A DNA stretch of 64,000 nucleotides from Myxococcota bacterium. GTDB lineage: Bacteria > Myxococcota_A > UBA796 > CAJQPC01. The DNA lies in assembly GCA_036229005.1 (NCBI GenBank), contig JAZAMN010000006.1:32001-96000 (forward strand), given 5' to 3'. Shown one piece after another: positions 58,701-64,000 of this stretch; positions within the stretch are counted from its first letter, which is position 1, and each line of letters begins with the position of its first letter. Below the pieces are notes generated by a model. It was not told the DNA's origin, ran no database searches, and worked only from the letters and a program-made list of their open reading frames with translations. The translations under genes and the position numbers were made by a program.

Positions 58701-59327
58701 GAGCTCAGCGCCGAGCGCGAGGCCATCGGGTTCTTCCTCAGCGGACACCCGGTGACCTCGTACAAGCAGACCGTGGACCGCTACACCAGCGGGAAGATCG
58801 TCCACCTGCCCACCAAGCAGGCCGAGGCCGAGGTCAAGGTCGCCGGCATGCCCGACTCGGTCAAGGTCGTGCGCACCAAGCGCGGCGACAAGATGGCCTT
58901 CGTCGAGTTCTCCGACGAGACCGGCAGCCTGGAGGTCGTGTTCTTCTCCGACCCCTACGCGCGCTCCGCCCGGCTCCTCAAGGATGGCGTCCCCATCGTC
59001 ATCGCCGGCACCCTCGAGAAGAGCGCGGATGGCGTCAAGATCATGGGCGACTCCGTGCAGTCCCTGTCCGAGCTGCGCGCCAAGACCACCCGGGAGGTCC
59101 GCATCACGGTGGACGCAAAGAGCCTGTCCTCGCATGTGCTGCGGCAGCTCAAGGGTGTGCTGGCAGAGCGTGGTGGTAGCGTTGGGTGCCGGATCCACGT
59201 GCGCAAGCACGGGCACTCCGAGGTCATCCTCCAGCTCCCCGAGTCCATGAACGTGCAGCCCGACGATGAGCTCCAGGACCAGGTCGACGCCCTCTTCAAG
59301 AAGCGCGGCACCGTGAGGTTCCTGTGA
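55740..59327 (+). CDS. dnaE: DNA polymerase III alpha subunit
   Basis: PHP HLHVHS, GPGRGSAAGS, SMPDVDVDF, KFDFLGL, YGFNKSH, OB fold. Confidence 0.98.
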   Translation: MAFAHLHVHSQFSLLDGAIPIKKLAPAADALGLNAVALTDHCNLYGAVPFHKSTKGTGVHPVFGSGIWIQEEGQDYQDPQGQLGGYHLLLLIKDEHGYKNLCKLITDAIFDGMFYKPRVGLEHLRKHSEGLICLTSGMRGPVRGLLAAGEADKARARTERLAEIFGDQHLYLELQDVAFQGDDLANEGCRTLAQDLGLQTVVTNNVHYLKAKDAVTLDVLQCIGRGVSLNDPGRLRPVTDQLYLKSEDEMRALFPEDQAACDRTMEIAERCTFKFTYGTYYFPASTPPDKGEDTQANWAFFYNAFPPPKDFGLPLDGTVPPMPEPGTGSLEGYFKWYSREGLKLRLQRVPEEQHPVYWERLQIEFDIVLSMGFPAYFLIVAEFINWAKDHDIPVGPGRGSAAGSLVAYAQRITDIDPIRFDLLFERFLNPERVSMPDVDVDFCQDRREEVIEHTRQKYGPEFVAQIITYGKLQAKLAIRDVARVCDTTFNDADRIAKLIPDELGIKLQDALDKEEPLQALHEGDPKTRRIYDLALSVEGMTRQTGVHAAGVIVADRPLVELVPLYRDGPEGGPVVQFEMKSAEGVGLIKFDFLGLKTLDQIRDAVLMIERNTGEKIDMSAIPTEMSENGGDETADVTYKMLQEGDALGVFQVESSGMRELLTKLRPTCLDDVVALVALYRPGPLNAGMVDDFIDRKHGRQEVVYPVPALEPILKNTYGVVVYQEQVMQIAQVMGGYSLGQADLLRRAMGKKQAEAMAEHRGIFCDGADKNGFDRKKAEDIFDLLAQFAAYGFNKSHSAAYGYVSYQTAWLKANHRAEYMAALMSIEAANTSKILVYIGDCKRAGMKVLPPDANESQWAFDVPKDDRNTIRYGLGALKGLGKHAVEALIEARVEAGGRFKDLMDCFERLDYKRVNKKALEALIKSGAFDWTGESRAALFSGMEAAMSTAQRAQADKASGQVGLFGGMAASAPKPGFRLPVVAEWSIIKELSAEREAIGFFLSGHPVTSYKQTVDRYTSGKIVHLPTKQAEAEVKVAGMPDSVKVVRTKRGDKMAFVEFSDETGSLEVVFFSDPYARSARLLKDGVPIVIAGTLEKSADGVKIMGDSVQSLSELRAKTTREVRITVDAKSLSSHVLRQLKGVLAERGGSVGCRIHVRKHGHSEVILQLPESMNVQPDDELQDQVDALFKKRGTVRFL

Positions 59328-60091
59328 GGCCCTGGCTCCTCTTGCCCCTGCTGGCGCTGCCTGCCCTCGCGGCGCCTGTACACGAAGCGCTCTCCCAAGG
59401 CCACGTGGACTGGACCCGGGGCGTGCTGGTCGTGACCGCGAGCGGGGAGCCCTCCGCGGGAGCCCCCAAGGCGCTGGAGATCACCGAGCAGCAGGCCCTC
59501 AACCGCCTCCAGGCCCGCGTGCTGGAAGAGCAGCGTCTGGTCCGCCTCAGCAGCCAACAGAGCGTCGGCCAGCGCATGCAGGAAGGCGACGAGCTCTCCG
59601 CCATGCTCATGGACAGCGCCGGGAACTTCACGATCTCGGAGGCCCGCTACTACGCCTCCGGCCGCGTTGAGCTGACCGCCGAGCTGCCCCTGCAGTCGTG
59701 GCTCCGGCCTGTCCTCGTCGCCGAGGCCCACGGCAAGCCCGCTGAGGGGAGCTCCGAGTACAGCGGTGTGGTCATCGATGCGCGGGGCCTTTCCCTTCGC
59801 CCCTGCCTCTCTCCGCGGGTCCTGGACAGGGAAGGGGAGGTGCTCTACAGCCTCTCCGAGCTCAGTCCCGACACCGCCAAGGATCAGCTCCCTGTCGCCT
59901 GGGTAGGGGATCCGGCTGACGGCGAGGCCATTGGCAGGGCAGGGGACAATCCGCTCTTTCTGTCTGCGGACTCTGCGGCTCGTGGCGGGGACGTCGTGCT
60001 CGATCCCGAGGCCGCCCAGCGCTTCTCCGAGGCCGTGAAGAGCGGGGATCTGCTCGCGAGCGCCCGGCTCGTCATCGTGGCGGACTCGTGA
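59324..60091 (+). CDS. Secreted hypothetical protein (LPP20-associated-like)
   Basis: Signal peptide; VDWTRG, YSGVVIDARGL..PCLSPRVLD..GEVLY. Confidence 0.6.
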   Translation: MRPWLLLPLLALPALAAPVHEALSQGHVDWTRGVLVVTASGEPSAGAPKALEITEQQALNRLQARVLEEQRLVRLSSQQSVGQRMQEGDELSAMLMDSAGNFTISEARYYASGRVELTAELPLQSWLRPVLVAEAHGKPAEGSSEYSGVVIDARGLSLRPCLSPRVLDREGEVLYSLSELSPDTAKDQLPVAWVGDPADGEAIGRAGDNPLFLSADSAARGGDVVLDPEAAQRFSEAVKSGDLLASARLVIVADS

Positions 60092-61326
60092 TCCGCCGGC
60101 GTCCCAGCAGCCACCGCGGCGCAGCACCCCGTCGTCCCCGCGCCCGCCCTGCGCCTCAGCGGCAGGTCTCCAACCGGGAGCGCATCTTCTGGATCCTGGG
60201 CCTGCTGGGCCTGGGCATCGTCATCTTCTACCTGCTGCGCAGCCTCTTCGCGATCCTGCTCGCCAGCGTCATCTTCGCCTACTTGCTGGACCCGGTCGTC
60301 GACCGCTTGCAGGCCCGGGGCTTGGGGCGGGAGGCCGGCATCGCGGTGGTCTTTGGCGGCCTGATCCTGAGCTTCACTCTGGGGCTGCTCCTCTTGGTCC
60401 CGATGGTGGCCAGGGAGTTTGCGGAGCTGTCGGTCAACCTCAGCAACTACATCGACGAGCTGGCCATCCGCCTGACCCAGGCCCGGGTCTGGCTGGAGAC
60501 CCAGACCGGCTACACGCTGCCCGTCACGGGCGAAGAGCTCCTCCACGAGCTCTTCCAGGGCGTCGAAGAGGGCGCCGCCGACAAGACCGGCGACACCTCG
60601 GGCATCTCGGACGTGCTCACACAGGCCGCCCCCAACGTCGGGCGCTGGGTCGGTGGGGCCCTCGCCAGCGCGCTCACGGGCGGCGTCACCGTCATCCTGG
60701 CCGTCCTGAACTGGCTGCTGCTGCCCGTCTTCTCCTTCTACCTGCTGCGTGACTGGGACCTGCTCGTCGACGGCGTGGACGAGCTCATCCCCCACAGCCA
60801 CCGACCCACCGTCCGGCGCCTCGCCAAGGCCATCGACGGCCGCCTGAGCGCCTTCGTTCGGGGGCAGATCCTGGTGGCTGGCGGGCAGGGCGTCATCTAC
60901 GCCATCGGCCTGCTCATCTCCGGCATCGACCTCGCCATCGCGGTCGGCCTCGCTGCCGGTGTGCTCGCGGTCGTCCCCTACCTGGGGACCATCGTCGGCA
61001 TCGGCCTCGCCAGCCTGCTGGCCATCCTCAAGTTCGGCCTGTCCTGGCACCTGCTCGCGGTCTGGGGCACCTTCGCCGCCGCCCAGGTCGTCGAAGGCCT
61101 CTACCTCACCCCCAAGATCCTCGGCGATCAGGTCGGCCTGCACCCGCTCGTGGTCATGCTCGCGGTCATCGTCGGCGGGTCCATCTTCGGGGTCGGCGGC
61201 ATGCTCTTGGCCATCCCGGTCACCGCCGCTGCGCTGGTGCTGGTCGAGGAGTGGATCGAGCGCTACCGCGGCAGCCGCTTCTTCTCCGAGAAGTCCGGCC
61301 TCGCGGGACCTCCTCGTGGGTCTTGA
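60088..61326 (+). CDS. AI-2E family transporter
   Basis: AYLLDPVVD, FVRGQ, VPYLG, LTPKILGDQVGLHP, GMLLAIP. Confidence 0.92.
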   Translation: MIRRRPSSHRGAAPRRPRARPAPQRQVSNRERIFWILGLLGLGIVIFYLLRSLFAILLASVIFAYLLDPVVDRLQARGLGREAGIAVVFGGLILSFTLGLLLLVPMVAREFAELSVNLSNYIDELAIRLTQARVWLETQTGYTLPVTGEELLHELFQGVEEGAADKTGDTSGISDVLTQAAPNVGRWVGGALASALTGGVTVILAVLNWLLLPVFSFYLLRDWDLLVDGVDELIPHSHRPTVRRLAKAIDGRLSAFVRGQILVAGGQGVIYAIGLLISGIDLAIAVGLAAGVLAVVPYLGTIVGIGLASLLAILKFGLSWHLLAVWGTFAAAQVVEGLYLTPKILGDQVGLHPLVVMLAVIVGGSIFGVGGMLLAIPVTAAALVLVEEWIERYRGSRFFSEKSGLAGPPRGS

Positions 61327-61963
61327 GCGCGCCTGGTGGGGCCAGGACCTTCCCTACGGCCCCACCCTCGAGCGTCAGGAGAAGCGGCGCTCTCTGCGGC
61401 AGGAGGGGGGCTGTGAGGACCTGTTGGCTGGCTTGGTCCACCGCTCGGTCATCACGACCGGGAAGCGCTCTGTGCAGCAGCTCCCCAGCGAGGACTGGCT
61501 GAGGCGGAACGACACCGAGCTCCACGCCACCAACCGGGGCGGCCTGGCCACCTGGCACGGCCCGGGGCAGCTCGTTGGCTACCTCATCGCGGATCTGCGC
61601 GGCTGGGGCGTCCGGCGCACGGTCAACGCCCTGGAGCAGGGCTTGATCGACTGGCTGGCGGGCAGGGGAGTGGTCGCCGGGCGTCGGGAGGGCTTCCCAG
61701 GGGTCTGGGTGGCCGGAGGCAAGATCGCGGCCATTGGTCTGAACGTGCAGAAGGGTGTGAGCGTCCATGGATTCGCTTTGAATCTGCGTGTGCAGACGTC
61801 TGCGTGGGATGCCATCGTGCCCTGTGGCATCCAAGATGCAGGTCCAATCAGCCTTCACGAGCTGCAGGAGGGGGCCCCTGGACCGGTCCAGGCCTGGCCT
61901 GCGATCGCGGAGGTGATCCACTCTCGCCTCTCATCCCTTGACGCAGTGTGTGGGGGGCGCTAA
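61316..61963 (+). CDS. lipB: Lipoyl(octanoyl) transferase
   Basis: RGGLATWHGPGQLVGY, GVWV..KIAAIG, HGFALN, IVPCG. Confidence 0.93.
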   Translation: MGLERAWWGQDLPYGPTLERQEKRRSLRQEGGCEDLLAGLVHRSVITTGKRSVQQLPSEDWLRRNDTELHATNRGGLATWHGPGQLVGYLIADLRGWGVRRTVNALEQGLIDWLAGRGVVAGRREGFPGVWVAGGKIAAIGLNVQKGVSVHGFALNLRVQTSAWDAIVPCGIQDAGPISLHELQEGAPGPVQAWPAIAEVIHSRLSSLDAVCGGR

Positions 61964-61966
61964 AAG
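61938..61966 (+). promoter_or_regulatory. Putative sigma70 promoter of tRNA-Val
   Basis: TTGACG-N17-TAAAAG, about 30 nt upstream of the tRNA. Confidence 0.6.
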
Positions 61967-61998
61967 GCATGGGCTCGCAGCGAGCACCCACACTTTGA

Positions 61999-62073
61999 AG
62001 GCATGTAGCTCAGTGGGAGAGCATCGTCCTGACACGGCGAGGGTCGGCGGTTCGAACCCGCCCATGCCTACCA
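61999..62073 (+). tRNA. tRNA-Val(GAC)
   Basis: Acceptor AGGCATG/CATGCCT plus ACCA; D arm GCTC/GAGC; anticodon loop CTGACAC; T arm GGCGG-TTCGAAC-CCGCC. Confidence 0.97.
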
Positions 62074-62078
62074 TCCTG

Positions 62079-62106
62079 AACGCGGGGCATCTGCCCCGCG
62101 TTTTTT
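62079..62106 (+). terminator. Intrinsic terminator after tRNA-Val
   Basis: AACGCGGGGCA-TC-TGCCCCGCG followed by TTTTTT. Confidence 0.85.
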
Positions 62107-62138
62107 CTGACAACGCTCACCTCCTCCGGAGAGTCGAA

Positions 62139-62336
62139 ATGCCCAAGATGAAGACGAACCGGGGTGCGGCCAAGCGCTTCTCCAAGACCGCCAAGGGCAA
62201 GGTCAAGTTCAAGCGCGCAAAGATGCGCCACATCCTGACCAAGAAGAACAGCAACTGGCAGCGCAAGGCGCGCGCCGGGGCCACCATGTGTGACGCCGAC
62301 GCCAAGCTGGTTCGCAACCTCATCCCCTACAAGTAG
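62139..62336 (+). CDS. rpmI: 50S ribosomal protein L35
   Basis: MPKMKTNRGAAKRF...RHILTKK. Confidence 0.97.
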   Translation: MPKMKTNRGAAKRFSKTAKGKVKFKRAKMRHILTKKNSNWQRKARAGATMCDADAKLVRNLIPYK

Positions 62337-62404
62337 CATCCCGCTACCGACCTGCCGTCACCGTCAGCTGAGCTGGCCGGAAATCGGCAACAAAAGGAGT
62401 CGAC

Positions 62405-62764
62405 ATGGCACGCATCAAGAACGCCAAGATCCGCAAGACCCGTCGCAAGAAGCTCTTCAAGAAGGCCTCTGGCTTCTGGGGTAGCCGCGGCAACACCTTC
62501 CGCCAGGCCACCGAGGCCGTGATGAAGGCGGAGTCCTACGCCTTCCGTGGGCGTAAGGAGAAGAAGCGCTACTTCCGCCGTCTGTGGATCGTGCGCATCA
62601 ACGCGGCTCTGGTCTCCCACGACCTCAAGTACAGCCGCTTCATCCACGGCCTCAAGCAGGCTGGCGTGGAGCTGGACCGCAAGGCCCTGGCCCACCTGGC
62701 GATGCACGAGCCCGAGGCCTTCGGCGCCGTGGTCGAGCAGGCCAAGGCAGCGCTGGCCGCGTGA
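62405..62764 (+). CDS. rplT: 50S ribosomal protein L20
   Basis: [28 protein letters not shown]. Confidence 0.98.
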   Translation: MARIKNAKIRKTRRKKLFKKASGFWGSRGNTFRQATEAVMKAESYAFRGRKEKKRYFRRLWIVRINAALVSHDLKYSRFIHGLKQAGVELDRKALAHLAMHEPEAFGAVVEQAKAALAA

Positions 62765-63243
62765 GCCGAGCTTCCCGGGCTGCGGCCTGGTCGCTGACCG
62801 CCCTCTTTCTGGGGGCGGCAGACTGCTCCAGCTCGGAGCAGGATCTGAGCCGCTTCAACCAAGAAGACAGCTTCGACGTCTCCATTGGGCAGGAAATCCT
62901 CCCCGTGGCAGACGTCGTGTTGTTTTCGTCCACCGGTAGCGTCGAGGTCGGCTCCGCCACCTTGGACCCCGGTGGCGGTCCTGTGGGGACCCTCCACACC
63001 CTCCAGGTCTGGGTGGACGCAGACTACGCCGACCAGGTCGATGCTGCCAGCGTGCAGGTCGACTCGGGTGAGCGGGGGACGCGCACGCTGGATCTGGTCC
63101 CGGACTCCGCGGATGAGCGCCTCTACTGGCTGGAGCTCCAGTCCGTCGGGGAGGAAGGCGAGGTCCGCACGGACACCTTCACCATTCAGCTCTGGGATGC
63201 GCTCGACGAGGACGACGAGTCCTCCTCGAGCGACGAGGAATGA
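62761..63243 (+). CDS. Acidic hypothetical secreted/lipoprotein
   Basis: GTGA overlap with rplT; hydrophobic leader ending GAADC; GC3 bias. Confidence 0.65.
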   Translation: MSRASRAAAWSLTALFLGAADCSSSEQDLSRFNQEDSFDVSIGQEILPVADVVLFSSTGSVEVGSATLDPGGGPVGTLHTLQVWVDADYADQVDAASVQVDSGERGTRTLDLVPDSADERLYWLELQSVGEEGEVRTDTFTIQLWDALDEDDESSSSDEE

Positions 63244-63309
63244 GCCTAGGTGCCGGCTGAGCCGGCAAGGAGCGCAGCAGTGCCCCACACCCCTGAAGCC
63301 AAGCGGACC

Positions 63310-63603
63310 ATGACCAAGGCGGACCTGGTCGAGCGGGTCTACGAGCAGGTCGGCTTCTCCAAGAAGGAAGCCGCTCAGGTTGTGGAGTCTGTCTTCGAGA
63401 CCATGAAGCAGACCCTGGAGACCGGAGACAAGATCAAGATCTCCGGCTTTGGCAGCTTCCTGGTCCGGGAGAAGGAGGCTCGTCGGGGCCGCAACCCCCA
63501 GACCAGCGAGAGCCTCGTGATCCCCGCTCGTCGGGTGCTGGTCTTCAAGCCCTCGCAGGTGCTGCGGGCTGCCCTGAACGAGGATGAAGGGAGCCTCCAG
63601 TGA
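63310..63603 (+). CDS. ihfA: Integration host factor subunit alpha
   Basis: MTKADLVE, IKISGFGSF, RRGRNPQT, FKPSQVL. Confidence 0.93.
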   Translation: MTKADLVERVYEQVGFSKKEAAQVVESVFETMKQTLETGDKIKISGFGSFLVREKEARRGRNPQTSESLVIPARRVLVFKPSQVLRAALNEDEGSLQ

Positions 63604-63974
63604 GCGAAGAAGGGCCCAAGATCCCAGACAAGCTCTACTTCCGGATCGGAGAGGTCTCGGAGCTTGTAGGCGTGGAGCCCCACGTCCTGCGCTACTGGGA
63701 GGGTGAGTTCCGCATGCGTCCGCACCGCTCCTCGTCGGGGCAGCGGCTCTACCGGAAGCGGGACATCGCGCGCTTCCTCAAGGTCAAGAAGCTCCTCCAC
63801 ACGGAGGGCTTCACCATCGCGGGTGCCCGCAAGGCGCTCAACGGTGGTGGCCGGGCTTCTGCGGGGGAGGCCGCGATCGATCTGGACCGGATCCGGGAGG
63901 CCGCAGCGCGTCTTCAGGGGCTTCGGCAGCAGATCCGGGCACTTCGGGACGAGGTGTCCACCTTTGGCGCCTGA
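63600..63974 (+). CDS. MerR-family regulator (ihfA-associated)
   Basis: IPDKLYFRIGEVS, HVLRYWE, GQRLY, EGFTIAGA. Confidence 0.93.
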   Translation: MSEEGPKIPDKLYFRIGEVSELVGVEPHVLRYWEGEFRMRPHRSSSGQRLYRKRDIARFLKVKKLLHTEGFTIAGARKALNGGGRASAGEAAIDLDRIREAAARLQGLRQQIRALRDEVSTFGA

Positions 63975-64000
63975 GTGGATCCTTGGCCCTTGACGGGGCT

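Noticed and set aside
55662..59216. 1184-aa minus-strand ORF, and a possible intein in dnaE
   Set aside because: The ORF is an antisense shadow. DnaE has normal length and no Cys...His-Asn splice motifs.
61999..62110. tRNA-Val as an integration site for an island
   Set aside because: No integrase or duplicated tRNA 3' end seen; the flanks are core genes

Overview
High-GC bacterial chromosomal window. Gene content (Cys-rich and vWA lipoproteins, Ser/Thr kinase, CarD paralog, FecR/Ig surface proteins) suggests a Myxococcota-like deltaproteobacterium; this is inference, not a database assignment. It is mostly core genes: a Mla/Mce ABC operon, pfkA, ndh, rpmB, rbfA-truB-rpsO-pnp-dut, ffh, grpE, trmL, manC-gmd-rmd, fxsA, mazG, dnaE, lipB, and tRNA-Val-rpmI-rplT-ihfA-merR. 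I saw no CRISPR array, transposase, integrase or prophage gene. Main observations: (1) a non-coding element at 17-357 of six forward plus five inverted 31-bp phased repeats that abut exactly; (2) an animal-type protein-arginine deiminase with all catalytic residues, built as a lipoprotein and coupled to a secreted HEAT-repeat protein; (3) an 11-kb coupled locus with a REC-kinase, a membrane sensor whose ATPase domain looks dead, a FecR protein, an Ig/beta-barrel protein, a giant almost lysine-free Ig lipoprotein and a sensor-less kinase core (candidate split-kinase surface-sensing system); (4) several intact pseudo-enzymes (PilT, biotin carboxylase, class III cyclase fused to a kinase); (5) one frameshifted gene and a thrS/infC/pheST-less version of a normally conserved operon. 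All product calls come from motif recognition by eye.
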